A DNA stretch of 64,000 nucleotides from Pseudomonadota bacterium (GCA_043798915.1 JAZDOG010000101.1:1-64000); one strand, 5' to 3'; shown: positions 18,661-28,537, numbered from the stretch's first letter. Numbers and translations: made by a program. Notes: generated by a model from the sequence alone, not told the origin.

Positions 18661-20258
18661 AAAGTGTTAGGATAGCAGCGCTCGTTTGGACGGCGCTCGC
18701 AATTGCCGCGGCCTGCTCATCGTGCGACTGGCGCGTGACGCGCGATCCCGACGTCCTCGCCGATTCGCTCCCTGCGGACCCTCCGACTCTCAATCCCATC
18801 CTTGCGACCGAAGTCACCGCTGGCGCCATCAACAAGTATGTCTATGAGTCGCTGCTCGATCTCGACAACAGGACGCTCGAGTTCAAGCCGAAGCTGGCCA
18901 GGCGCTGGGAGGTGTCGCCCGATCATCTCTCGTACACATTCTGGCTGCGGGGCGGCGTCCAATGGCACGACGGAGAGCCCTTCACGGTCGACGACGTCAT
19001 CTACTCATTCGAGAGGATACGCGACCCCAAAGTGGACGCGGCGCCGCTGCGCAACTATTTCCGCGACGTGAAGCGCATCGAAAAGGTCGGGAACGATGCG
19101 GTGAGGTTCCTCTATGCGAGGCCCTACTTCAGGGCGCTGGAGATGCTTGGGGGCATGACGATCATTCCGAGGCACGTCTTCGGCGACGGCGCCGATTTCA
19201 ACAGCCACATGGCGGGCCGCGAGCCCATAGGCACCGGGCCCTTCAGGTTCGCCGGCTGGAAGACCGGCCGCGAGATAAGGCTTGAGAGGTTCGATGGATA
19301 CTGGGGAGATGCCCCCGCGTTCAAGGGCATCGTCTACAGGATCATCCCGGACCAGATGTCCGCATTCCAGCTCCTCAAGAAGGGCGCGCTGGATATCGGC
19401 TCCCTGCGCGCGATACAGTGGGTGAGGCAGACGGAGAGCCCGGCCTTCGGCGAAAAATTTGCGAAGCATCGCTACTTCCTCCCCAACTGCTCGTTCATCG
19501 GCTGGAACATGGGGAGGCCCTTATTCTCCGACAGGCGCGTGCGCATAGCCATGACGATGCTCGTCAACAGACAGGAGATACTCAAGCAGGCGCTGTTCGG
19601 ACAGGGAGAGGTTATAGCAGGCGACTTCTACCGCTTCGGCCCTGACTACGATGCCTCGCTTCAGCCATACCCCTACGATCCGAAAGAGGCGGCGCGGCTC
19701 CTCGACGAGGCCGGCTGGATCGACCACGACGACGACGGCGTGCGCGATCACGACGGCGTTCCCTTCCGGTTCACGATACTCTCGCCGGCGGGAGGCCAGC
19801 TGGGCAGGAGCCTGAGCCTCTTTCTGCGCGAGGAACTCTCGAAGGTGGGGATAGTCGCCGACATCCAGCAGCTGGAGTGGGGGACGATGCTCGAACTCAT
19901 CGGCCGGCGCGACTTCGACGCCGCCATCTTCGGCAGGAGCATGCCGCTGAACCATGACCCGTATCAGGTCTGGCATTCGACGCAGGTGGCGGAGGGTTCG
20001 AACTTCGTCGGGTTCAAGGACAAGAGGGCAGACAGGCTGATGGAGCAGGCCCGCATGGAGTTCGACCCGAAGAGGCGCTCCGCCTTCTACCGCGAGTTCC
20101 AGAGGATAGTCCAGAGGGAGGAGCCGTACACGTTCCTCTTCACCAACCCTTCTCTCGTCGCGGTTGCGAAGCGCTTCGAGAACGTGCGCGACTACAGGCT
20201 GGGCCTGGATGCCCTCGAATGGAAGGTGGGTCCCTGGCCGATTCTTACGGAGTGGTAG
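18657..20258 (+). CDS. ABC transporter peptide-binding protein (family 5)
   Basis: DPPTLNP, LARRWEVS, LRGGVQWHDGEPFTVDDV, PIGTGPF, DRRVRIAM. Confidence 0.93.
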   Translation: MKSVRIAALVWTALAIAAACSSCDWRVTRDPDVLADSLPADPPTLNPILATEVTAGAINKYVYESLLDLDNRTLEFKPKLARRWEVSPDHLSYTFWLRGGVQWHDGEPFTVDDVIYSFERIRDPKVDAAPLRNYFRDVKRIEKVGNDAVRFLYARPYFRALEMLGGMTIIPRHVFGDGADFNSHMAGREPIGTGPFRFAGWKTGREIRLERFDGYWGDAPAFKGIVYRIIPDQMSAFQLLKKGALDIGSLRAIQWVRQTESPAFGEKFAKHRYFLPNCSFIGWNMGRPLFSDRRVRIAMTMLVNRQEILKQALFGQGEVIAGDFYRFGPDYDASLQPYPYDPKEAARLLDEAGWIDHDDDGVRDHDGVPFRFTILSPAGGQLGRSLSLFLREELSKVGIVADIQQLEWGTMLELIGRRDFDAAIFGRSMPLNHDPYQVWHSTQVAEGSNFVGFKDKRADRLMEQARMEFDPKRRSAFYREFQRIVQREEPYTFLFTNPSLVAVAKRFENVRDYRLGLDALEWKVGPWPILTEW

Positions 20259-20268
20259 GATGAAATCA

Positions 20269-20303
20269 CCCCTCCTTTGTAAGGAGGGGCAAGGGGAGGT
20301 AGA
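20269..20303. repeat. Short palindromic repeat (copy 2)
   Basis: Near-identical to 4036..4070. Confidence 0.8.
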
Positions 20304-20311
20304 CATCGAAG

Positions 20312-20370
20312 CTGTCATCGCGAGGAGCCCTTCGGCAGACTCGGGGCGACGTGGCGATCCCGTGGAGGCC
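20312..20370. repeat. Left arm of a GTCATCGCGAGG...GATGAC-type palindromic element
   Basis: Complementary to 27088..27160 (GATCCCGTGGAGGCC vs GGCTTCATGGGATC; CTGTCATCGCGAGG vs CCTCGGGATGACAG). Confidence 0.6.
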
Positions 20371-20485
20371 CGGCCATAATCCGCCGGCAAACGGTGTGCG
20401 CGCAGGGTTTTTAAGGCGGTTGCAGAGATATAAAGAGTGTCGTAGGATCATTTTTGGCGTAAAAAGACCATCTTGATGAGAACGT

Positions 20486-20699
20486 GATAAACAATGGAAC
20501 CGATAAGGTCCTCGCTTCGGCTCGCCGCCTCAGAAGTCGGCGGCTCGCCTGCGCCTCACTCGCCGAGCTTTTAGGCTTCTGTTTTCGGCTCGTGCCCCGC
20601 AGCGCGGATTCCCACGCTGCGGGACTTCGGCGTTAGATAGATCTTCCTGTCGGAAGGTCGCAGACGCCGCTCGGCACCTCATCGGTTCCATTGCTTATC
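20486..20699. mobile_element. MITE-like hairpin element, left copy
   Basis: 19-bp terminal IR with one mismatch (GATAAACAATGGAACCGAT/ATCGGTTCCATTGCTTATC); body is the reverse complement of 28538..28685 plus a ~65-bp insert. Confidence 0.7.
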
Positions 20700-20869
20700 C
20701 AGAGCCCGCCGACCGGCCAAAAGCGAGGCGTTGCGCTCGCGGGGCCCAGCGGTGTATAAATTGTGAAATTATTAAGGCTTGAGTGGTTCTCATATTTCAT
20801 GAGTAGTTGAAGCGTTAGCTCAGTGCCTTTTTGTTCCGTGATAGAAGGTTTCAACAACAGAGGATTAAA

Positions 20870-22639
20870 ATGTGGCCAGACAAAGAGTCGAGTAGTGATT
20901 ATCTAAATTTTGGAGAAGTTTCCCAGCTTGCAGTTGATATCTTAACTTCACCTCCCATGTTGCCTGTTTCTCTGGGAGTGTTTGGTAATTGGGGTGCCGG
21001 GAAGTCTTCTCTTTTGAAGTTGATCGAGAATGGTTTGCAATCGGATGGCGCGGATCGACTGGTAATAAATTTTGATGCTTGGTTGTATCAAGGATATGAT
21101 GACGCTCGCGCAGCTTTGCTTGAAGTTATAGCCAGAAATTTGCATAAGGCCGTTAAGGATAATGAAAGTCTTCTTCAAAAAACAAAAAGGCTTTTAGCCA
21201 GAGTAGACGGTTTTCGAATGCTTGGCTTTATCGCGGAGGGCGTTGCATTAGTTCATGGCGTTCCTACAGGAGGTATCCTATATCGTGGCGTTTCTGCAAT
21301 TTCAAATTTAACTGATGGCATTCAAGGCGAAGAGTATCAGGATTTAACAAGATCAGCGTCAGAAGTTATTGGAGAAGTAAAGAAGCTCATCAAGCCACCC
21401 CCCGATGAAACGCCACCACAGCAAATTGAAGCCTTCAGAAAAGAGTATAGCGAAATCCTAAACGAACTAGGCAAACCACTTATAGTAATCATTGATAATC
21501 TTGACAGGTGTCTTCCTTCAAATGCTATTCATACTCTGGAAGCGATTCGTTTGTTTTTATTTTTACCTAACACTGCTTTTGTTATTGCAGCAGATGAGGA
21601 GATGATAAGAATTGCGGTTGCAGAATATTTTAAGGGGTCGTCAGGACGACACCATATTGATTACCTAGATAAGCTTATTCAGGTTCCAATTAATGTTCCT
21701 AAAGCTGGTTTACTCGAAATTCGTTCGTACCTTTTTATGCTTTTTGCCATAGAACACGGAGTGGAAAGCGATCAACTAGAAACCTTACGTAAGGGACTGG
21801 AAGTTTCACTGCAAAGGTCCTGGAATGAAGATCCTATTTCTAAAGATGCTGCACTTAAGCTAACTGGAAAATCTGAGGATGGAAAACTAGCTACGGCATA
21901 TGAGTTGGCCGATAGAATTGCGCCAATATTAGCAACGTCGCCCATTATTCACGGAAACCCTAGAATTGTTAAACGTCTGCTCAATGTAGTAAGAATGCGG
22001 AGCAAAATTGCAAGGCGGCGTGAGATGCCCCTTAGCGAAGAAGTAATTACAAAACTAGTGATTTTTGAACGTTGCGCTGGAGTAGAGGCTACCACCGAAC
22101 TTTATAAGTTAGTTGATGCAGAATCTGGAAAACCAAAAATTCTGACTCAGCTGGAAAGTGCCGGCACAGAAGAACTTCCGTCTGATGCTCCAAATAGCTG
22201 GGGCAATAATCCCACGACCAAAAAATTCATTTTGGATTGGATAAAGCTTGAACCATCGCTCAAAGATAAAGACCTGCGTCCAGCTATTTACCTTTCACGG
22301 GAAACAATGCCTATAGGTGCCTATGTTATAGGGTTGTCTCCTAAAAGTCGGGAAGCTTTAAATACTCTGGCAAATGTTAGTGCAATCTCGTCTCCTGAGG
22401 GAAAGAAAACGGCAGAAAGCATACCATTAGAAGATAGGGTTCCTGTTATGGAGGGAATTGTTGATCATCTACGCGAAGTTGCAGATTGGTCGAAACAACC
22501 AAAGGGATTTGCTGGGGCTGTGTTGCTAGCTGAGATTTCCCCAGATGCAGCCAAAATATTTAAAAGGTTTGCCGATGGTTTAGGCAACAAGAAACCGTGG
22601 ATGAACGCTATGATTAAGGATAAAGAATGGAATAGGTAA
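20870..22639 (+). CDS. qatA: Qat anti-phage system KAP-family P-loop NTPase
   Basis: MWPDKES..DYLNF start; Walker A GNWGAGKSS; FDAWLYQGYDDA; Walker B IIDNLDRC; YLDKLIQVP; GNPRIVKRLLN. Confidence 0.88.
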   Translation: MWPDKESSSDYLNFGEVSQLAVDILTSPPMLPVSLGVFGNWGAGKSSLLKLIENGLQSDGADRLVINFDAWLYQGYDDARAALLEVIARNLHKAVKDNESLLQKTKRLLARVDGFRMLGFIAEGVALVHGVPTGGILYRGVSAISNLTDGIQGEEYQDLTRSASEVIGEVKKLIKPPPDETPPQQIEAFRKEYSEILNELGKPLIVIIDNLDRCLPSNAIHTLEAIRLFLFLPNTAFVIAADEEMIRIAVAEYFKGSSGRHHIDYLDKLIQVPINVPKAGLLEIRSYLFMLFAIEHGVESDQLETLRKGLEVSLQRSWNEDPISKDAALKLTGKSEDGKLATAYELADRIAPILATSPIIHGNPRIVKRLLNVVRMRSKIARRREMPLSEEVITKLVIFERCAGVEATTELYKLVDAESGKPKILTQLESAGTEELPSDAPNSWGNNPTTKKFILDWIKLEPSLKDKDLRPAIYLSRETMPIGAYVIGLSPKSREALNTLANVSAISSPEGKKTAESIPLEDRVPVMEGIVDHLREVADWSKQPKGFAGAVLLAEISPDAAKIFKRFADGLGNKKPWMNAMIKDKEWNR

Positions 22640-22643
22640 TAAA

Positions 22644-23396
22644 ATGGGAACATCTCAATCAAGCCCAGGTCCCGTTGGCATATCTCCCTTGGTGCCGCCA
22701 TGGGGAGATGATCAGCCACAGAAACCCTTACCCCCACCTGAACCTCGAAGGTTTGCGAGCTTTCGACAATCGCTTGGAAGCTTTGTTAAGGACAGAGACC
22801 TGGGGAAACTTAAGTCAGTGCTTGGTCACTATGCATCCACTGCATCTGGTGGTGGTAAGATAGTTGCTCGTCGCATGAACGGTGCAGCGCAGGCTGGCGC
22901 AGATCTGTATAATTTTCTCAGTGGAGTTCAAAAGTCTACTATCAAAGAGGCCGCGTTTAATTTAGCTGCATTGGCCAATCAACCATGCGAAGTGGCAATC
23001 AACATAATTGTTCAGGCGCTCACTGAAGATGGAGGAGATGCTGATAAAAATCGAGCATCCATGACAAATGCATTATGTGAAGCTCTCGATGGGATTGACA
23101 CTTTTGATCCAATGAAAATTACGGATGAGATTATCCTCACTACGATGATTTGTTTTCTGACTGAAAGTATTTTTCATCAAATAGTAATGGATGCTGGTAA
23201 AGCGTGGAACAAAGCAGACACCCCTTCAAAAGTCGTGAATGCTGAAAATGATTTGAGAGAACTTATTAAGGCAGTCGTCGATAAATATATGGCCCCCAGT
23301 TTATCAGGAAAAGTTAATTCATTTACTCGTCAGAGGATGCTTCGACTTGAGAAAGAAGTGTTGGTTAACGTATGGGCGGAATGGGAGACCTATTAG
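22644..23396 (+). CDS. qatB: Qat anti-phage system protein QatB
   Basis: Characteristic N-terminus MGTSQSSPGP...PLVPPW; position between the KAP NTPase and the QueC-like gene. Confidence 0.85.
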   Translation: MGTSQSSPGPVGISPLVPPWGDDQPQKPLPPPEPRRFASFRQSLGSFVKDRDLGKLKSVLGHYASTASGGGKIVARRMNGAAQAGADLYNFLSGVQKSTIKEAAFNLAALANQPCEVAINIIVQALTEDGGDADKNRASMTNALCEALDGIDTFDPMKITDEIILTTMICFLTESIFHQIVMDAGKAWNKADTPSKVVNAENDLRELIKAVVDKYMAPSLSGKVNSFTRQRMLRLEKEVLVNVWAEWETY

Positions 23397-24691
23397 TGAC
23401 AAGAGTGATAATTCATCATGATTGCAATAAGCTTCCACGCCAACGAAAAAGGTTGGTCTCGGTGCACATTTATGGCTTGGGCAATGGAAACTGTTCTAGT
23501 ATTGGTCATCCTCTAATCGAAAAAATTAAGCGGCTCGGTATAACACTGTCTCCGGCTGTGATGGATTTCCTTACGATTGCCTTGGCGGTTAATGCGGCTG
23601 ATTCGTTTGTTAAACGCCGAGAAATGGTTGATGGATGGACACGAGAAATTATTTTGCAGGTTTCGCTTTGTGAACCAGAGTCATGGTTAAAGGTAAAAAG
23701 TAGGCTTGAAAAAACTCTACGCTTTCTAAGCGGCGATTTATGGAAGTTGGAAATTAATGATAATGGCTTCAAACCACCCAAACCATATAGAAGCCAAGAT
23801 CGTTTTAAGTTGTTAAGATTGAAAGGGCTTGATTCTGTTAGCCTGTTTTCGGGTGGGCTAGATAGCGCAATAGGTGTTATTAATTTGCTAAATGAAGGCA
23901 AAAAACCACTTTTGGTTAGCTATGCATACAGAGGTGACAAGTCTCATCAAAACGCTGCTGAAAAGTATCTTCAAGGTGAATATTCAAGGTTTTGGGCTAA
24001 CGCGTATCCTCAATCAGCTAATGGAGAATATGAAATTAGCATGCGCACTCGTAGCATTAACTTTCTCGCCTTAGGGATAATTGGATGCTACGCTGTTGGA
24101 TATGTGAATGGTTTAAAGAATCTTCCCCTTTATGTGCCGGAAAATGGTTTTATATCACTTAATGTGCCCTTAACGCCACGCCGCATTGGTTCATTGAGTA
24201 CACGAACTACACATCCATATTTTCTATGTTCTATTGAGGAAATTTTACAATGTGTTGGCATTAATAGTAAAATAATTAACCCTTACCAGTTTCAAACAAA
24301 GGGAGAAATGGCGCAGTTATGCAGCAACCTGAATATCCTGAAGAATATGGTTTCGAAAACAGTATCGTGTGGCCACTGGAAAAGAAGGAACAAACAATGT
24401 GGCTGCTGTGTTCCCTGTATAATAAGGAGGGCGGCTATTAAACAAGCTGGATTGAATGAACCTGCACTATATCATTTTCAAGACCTTAAGAGCGTACTTA
24501 ATGACGATAATACGAAAGATGACCTCTTTGCTCTTTCAAACGCAATATCTCACTTGTCATCGCGAAATATAAACTCATGGATAATGAATAGTGGGCCTAT
24601 ACCATCGAAGCAATTTGAAGATTATAAATCGCTCTTTACGCGAGGATTGAAGGAAGTCGAAAGTTTCTTGCTGGGCGAGCATGTATTATGA
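23396..24691 (+). CDS. qatC: Qat anti-phage system QueC-like protein
   Basis: DFLTIALAV..AD..DGWTR, PP-loop LFSGGLDS, RTRS, PENGFISLN, STRTTHP, NPYQFQTKGEM, SCGH..CGCCVPCIIRR. Confidence 0.9.
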   Translation: MTRVIIHHDCNKLPRQRKRLVSVHIYGLGNGNCSSIGHPLIEKIKRLGITLSPAVMDFLTIALAVNAADSFVKRREMVDGWTREIILQVSLCEPESWLKVKSRLEKTLRFLSGDLWKLEINDNGFKPPKPYRSQDRFKLLRLKGLDSVSLFSGGLDSAIGVINLLNEGKKPLLVSYAYRGDKSHQNAAEKYLQGEYSRFWANAYPQSANGEYEISMRTRSINFLALGIIGCYAVGYVNGLKNLPLYVPENGFISLNVPLTPRRIGSLSTRTTHPYFLCSIEEILQCVGINSKIINPYQFQTKGEMAQLCSNLNILKNMVSKTVSCGHWKRRNKQCGCCVPCIIRRAAIKQAGLNEPALYHFQDLKSVLNDDNTKDDLFALSNAISHLSSRNINSWIMNSGPIPSKQFEDYKSLFTRGLKEVESFLLGEHVL

Positions 24692-24773
24692 CATTAATGT
24701 TAATCTCTACTCAAAATCTGATTCACCGTGTCACTTTGTTAAAGACGTAGAAATGCAAGGAGCGATAAACAAT

Positions 24774-25892
24774 ATGAAAAGTTCTGAAGCAACCAAGTTA
24801 AACATCGATTCATCACCGTCGATTTTGCCACGTCCAATACTCGTGGCAAGCTTTACTCAGAGAATGGATTCGTGCCTGTCTGGTGACTCCCTACAACCTC
24901 TCCTCCTTCTCGGCAACGCACGAACCGTCCTTGACCAATTCCCTACATCATCCATCGATTTTGCTATGACCTCGCCGCCATATTGGGGAAAACGTGAGTA
25001 TGAAAGCGGAGGTATTGGTCTTGAGAATAACTACGGGGATTTCATCCGTAATCTGTCGGATGTGTTTATGGCACTTTCTCGTGTTCTTAAACCAGAGGGC
25101 TCATTCTGGCTCAACATAGGCGACACTTACCAGGATAAAAAATTGGTGGGTATTCCTTGGAGGGTAGCACTAGAACTTACAGATAAACAGGGCTGGATTC
25201 TTCGTAATAGTGTAATCTGGAATAAAATCAAGAGTGGAATGGACAACACTAAAGATAGGCTCGGAAATATTCACGAACATGTATTTCACTTTGTTAAACA
25301 ACCAAAATATTATTACGATGCTGATGCTATTCGCTCAAAACCAAGAGAGGCACGAATAGTGAATGGCGCTGTTGTATCTGCTACCGGAGTATCAGGCGTT
25401 CGCTACAAGCGACAAATCGAACTCTCTACATCATTGAATAAAGAGGAAAAACAGGCGGCTTCCAAGGCGTTGAGCCAGATTCTGACAGATGTAGGTGCAG
25501 GAAAAATCTCAGATTTTCGAATGATTATTCGCGGACAACAACGTGCAACACACTCTGACAAAGAAAAGGTGTCAGGAAGGGCAAAGGAATTGCGTGATAA
25601 AGGATTCTACTTCCTTCGGTACCATCCAAACGGAAGCAAGCCAGCCGACGTGTGGGATATTATGCCAGAAGATACACAACAAAGGAAGATGCATTATGCA
25701 TCGTATCCAGTCGACTTATGTCGGATTCCTATTCTTGCAACTTGTCCTCCCGGAGGCGTGGTGCTCGATCCGTTCTGTGGAACCGGTACAACACTTATTG
25801 CAGCTCGTAACCTTGGGCGAAAGTCAATTGGAATTGACATATCAAGTCAATACCTGAAAATTGCGGAGGAAAGATGCACGACGCTTCTATGA
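24774..25892 (+). CDS. Site-specific amino-DNA methyltransferase (beta class, probably N4-C)
   Basis: Motif IV TSPPYW precedes motif I VLDPFCGTGT; start uncertain (24681, 24753 or 24774). Confidence 0.92.
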   Translation: MKSSEATKLNIDSSPSILPRPILVASFTQRMDSCLSGDSLQPLLLLGNARTVLDQFPTSSIDFAMTSPPYWGKREYESGGIGLENNYGDFIRNLSDVFMALSRVLKPEGSFWLNIGDTYQDKKLVGIPWRVALELTDKQGWILRNSVIWNKIKSGMDNTKDRLGNIHEHVFHFVKQPKYYYDADAIRSKPREARIVNGAVVSATGVSGVRYKRQIELSTSLNKEEKQAASKALSQILTDVGAGKISDFRMIIRGQQRATHSDKEKVSGRAKELRDKGFYFLRYHPNGSKPADVWDIMPEDTQQRKMHYASYPVDLCRIPILATCPPGGVVLDPFCGTGTTLIAARNLGRKSIGIDISSQYLKIAEERCTTLL

Positions 25893-26740
25893 GTACAGTT
25901 GTCGAACTATTTGGTCATGCCGTTGATAGCCAGCGGAAAGATTGGGCACGTGTTGTACGTAATCAGCAATGTCCATTTTTAGAAAAGACATGTTACAAGG
26001 TTCGAAAGAGCGATCCTAATATCTCAATAGGTTCATGTACTGTACTCTACGGTAGGACCAAAGAACCTGTTGTTATCTGCCCAACACGCCTTCTTGAACG
26101 ACACCAGATATTCACCGATTGCTTGCATCTTTTAACCATGCATGAGCCGGGGAATGAGCTCCACATTATTCCCGAAGTTTCAATACCTGGTGGAAGCGTT
26201 GATTATTTCTTGGCTTCCGCGCTAAAGGGAAAGGTAAAAGATTTCGTTGGTATCGAGATTCAGACGTTGGATACTACAGGTACCGTGTGGCCGGAACGTC
26301 AGCGACTGCTCAAAAAACTTGGAATTCCGCGTAGAGACAAAGAAGAGTTATCCAACAAGTCCTACGGTATGAACTGGAAAATGACCGCCAAAACGATCTT
26401 AGTCCAGATGCACCATAAGATTCAAACTTTTGAGCATGTCAACAAAAAGCTAGTACTTATCTTACAGGATAAACTTTTCCAGTACATGACTAATGAATTT
26501 ACATTTGGACATTTAAATAAACCGGCAATCCTGGGCGATTCAATGCATATGCATGTGTATCAATTAGAAAAGCAGGTTAACCGACTGTTTAAGTTAGGGA
26601 TGAATGCTCGATTAAGCACGGACTCCGAAGGAATTGCGGCATGCCTTGGTCTCCAAGCGGAAGCTCGAGTTGAGTTGACTCAAATTGTTGCTGCTCTTGA
26701 AGCGAAGCTATCTCCAAGCACGCTTCTCAAGCCAGTATAA
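25889..26740 (+). CDS. NotI-family type II restriction endonuclease
   Basis: Four-Cys cluster CPF..C.K...GSC...CPTR, followed by PD-(D/E)xK-like VDYFL...GIEIQTLDTTG and GMNWK; ATGA-coupled to the methyltransferase. Confidence 0.8.
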   Translation: MSTVVELFGHAVDSQRKDWARVVRNQQCPFLEKTCYKVRKSDPNISIGSCTVLYGRTKEPVVICPTRLLERHQIFTDCLHLLTMHEPGNELHIIPEVSIPGGSVDYFLASALKGKVKDFVGIEIQTLDTTGTVWPERQRLLKKLGIPRRDKEELSNKSYGMNWKMTAKTILVQMHHKIQTFEHVNKKLVLILQDKLFQYMTNEFTFGHLNKPAILGDSMHMHVYQLEKQVNRLFKLGMNARLSTDSEGIAACLGLQAEARVELTQIVAALEAKLSPSTLLKPV

Positions 26741-26878
26741 CTGTGGTTGTTCCAAAAGGCATCGGCCTTAGAAAAAGAGTTTCCCGATGTGGAAGTTGTT
26801 GAAGATGTTGGTTTTTAAATGGGGGTGCTGCAAAAGTGGTCAGTTGTGAGCAATTGATGCAGATGTTATTTCAGCGCG

Positions 26879-27061
26879 GTTACTGAGGACTGCATAACTT
26901 ATTGCGCAGATGACACAGGATGATGAGCCGAGACAAGGAAGATGAGCAAAAAGCGCGGAGGCGTAGCCATAGCTACGTTGAGCACTTTTTGCGAAATCTG
27001 ACGCAGTCGCAGGCCATCAGCCGAAGTCAGATGTGTAATAAGTTATGCAGTCCTCAGTAAC
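26879..27061. mobile_element. MITE-like element with 25-bp perfect terminal inverted repeats
   Basis: GTTACTGAGGACTGCATAACTTATT ... AATAAGTTATGCAGTCCTCAGTAAC; internal hairpin CGTAGC-CATA-GCTACG; non-coding. Confidence 0.8.
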
Positions 27062-27087
27062 ATATGCTAACCAAACGGTGCGAGCTG

Positions 27088-27160
27088 GCTTCATGGGATC
27101 CCCGCGGCGCTCCTCGGTTGCCACGATCTCCATGGCAAAACCCGCGCCTCGGGATGACAG
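27088..27160. repeat. Right arm of the split palindromic element
   Basis: Complementary to 20312..20370. Confidence 0.55.
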
Positions 27161-27290
27161 GCAGGGGGAGAAATGAGCAGTTTGCTCGTTCATTCAAGGC
27201 CGACTGGCTGATTTGCTCCTGCCACTAAACCTCCGGCGGGCAGGTAGGGCGCGGCAATCGGGGGAGAGCAAGAGACCTAGAGGCCATAAT

Positions 27291-28304
27291 ATGAAACTAG
27301 TCAAACGATTGGATAATCAATTCGCCGAAGTTGTAAGGATGATTCATGAGGCCCGGTACAATGCTATCAAGAGCGTCAACACCGAGCTGGTCAAACTATA
27401 TTGGAGCATAGGCGGGTATGTCAGCAGAAAGATCGAATCCGCGGAATGGGGCGATGCCGTTGTGGACAGCCTTGCCGATTTCATTCAAACTAACGACCCG
27501 GAATTTAAGGGTTTTACGCGACGGAGCCTTTACAGGATGCGCCAGTTTCATGAAACATACCCGCAGAAGAAATTTGTGTCGGCAGTGCTGACACAAATCA
27601 GCTGGACCAACCACCTGCTCATACTCTCCAAAACTAAATCAATGGAGGAGCGTAAATTTTACCTGATGTTATCCGTGAAGGAAAAATATAGTTCGCGCGA
27701 GCTTGAGCGTCAGATAGACAGCGGTTATTATGAACGAGCAATGCTTTCCAGGAAAAAAGTGTCGCCAGCGCTGATACAAATTCACCCTGGTATAACAGAC
27801 GTTTTCAAAGACATCTACGTTTTGGATTTCCTGAGTCTCCCAGCGATGCACAGCGAAAAAGACCTTCAAACAAGTATTGTTGCCAATTTAAGGGACTTTA
27901 TCCTTGAATTCGGCAAGGATTTTACATTCATCGGCCAAGAATATCGAATTCAAGTGGGTAAGAACGACTATTTCATTGATCTTTTATTCTTTCACCGAGG
28001 ACTGAAATGTCTCGTTATGATCGAATTGAAGATAACCGATTTTAAGCCGGAGTATCTTGGCAAGCTGAATTTCTATTTGGAAGCGCTGGACCGCGATATT
28101 CGAAAAGAGGGAGAAAATCCAAGCGTAGGCATTATTCTATGCAAGTCAAAAGACGATGAAGTTGTGGAATACGCGCTCAGCCGCAATCTATCGCCTGCCA
28201 TGATTGCTGAATATAAAACAAAGCTCATCCCTAAAAAAATATTGCAGAAGAAGCTACACGAGTTGTTTATGCTAAACGAACCAGACATAAAGAATGACAG
28301 GTAA
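27291..28304 (+). CDS. DUF1016/YhcG-family PD-(D/E)xK nuclease
   Basis: LYWSIG, WGDAVV, SLYRMRQF, SSRELERQI, FKDIYVLDFL, IDLLFFHR..IELK, GKLNFYL. Confidence 0.92.
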   Translation: MKLVKRLDNQFAEVVRMIHEARYNAIKSVNTELVKLYWSIGGYVSRKIESAEWGDAVVDSLADFIQTNDPEFKGFTRRSLYRMRQFHETYPQKKFVSAVLTQISWTNHLLILSKTKSMEERKFYLMLSVKEKYSSRELERQIDSGYYERAMLSRKKVSPALIQIHPGITDVFKDIYVLDFLSLPAMHSEKDLQTSIVANLRDFILEFGKDFTFIGQEYRIQVGKNDYFIDLLFFHRGLKCLVMIELKITDFKPEYLGKLNFYLEALDRDIRKEGENPSVGIILCKSKDDEVVEYALSRNLSPAMIAEYKTKLIPKKILQKKLHELFMLNEPDIKNDR

Positions 28305-28466
28305 TTGAGTGAGCGGGGATACGATACTTAATTCGTCGCACTACTGGCAACGGGAGCTATAAAGCAAAAGGGACCCAGTGAAGGGCCCCCAAGCTCTAGA
28401 ATTAGTGATCTTGCGATCGTCTTAAGACTAACAGAGTGTGCTGAATAAATCAAGCCCAGCTGGAGA

Positions 28467-28532
28467 GGGTTGTATGAAAAATCAGTTGTTAGGAATTTCC
28501 GAATAACTGCCGCAGATGGGAAGAGTTATGAC
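28467..28532 (+). pseudogene. Fragment of a RhuM-family gene
   Basis: Translates GLYEKSVVRNFRITAADGKSYD, the conserved RhuM-type segment; no start codon; cut by the adjacent hairpin element. Confidence 0.6.
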
Positions 28533-28537
28533 ATGGG

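Noticed and set aside
24681..24773. 5' extension of the MTase ORF (MYYDINVNLY...) as a qatD remnant
   Set aside because: It lacks the D-x-H-x-H motif of TatD; the resemblance is too weak to call.
26741..26818. Possible gene tail LWLFQKASALEKEFPDVEVVEDVGF after the endonuclease
   Set aside because: It has no start codon and I recognise no family; it cannot be supported without a BLASTx search.
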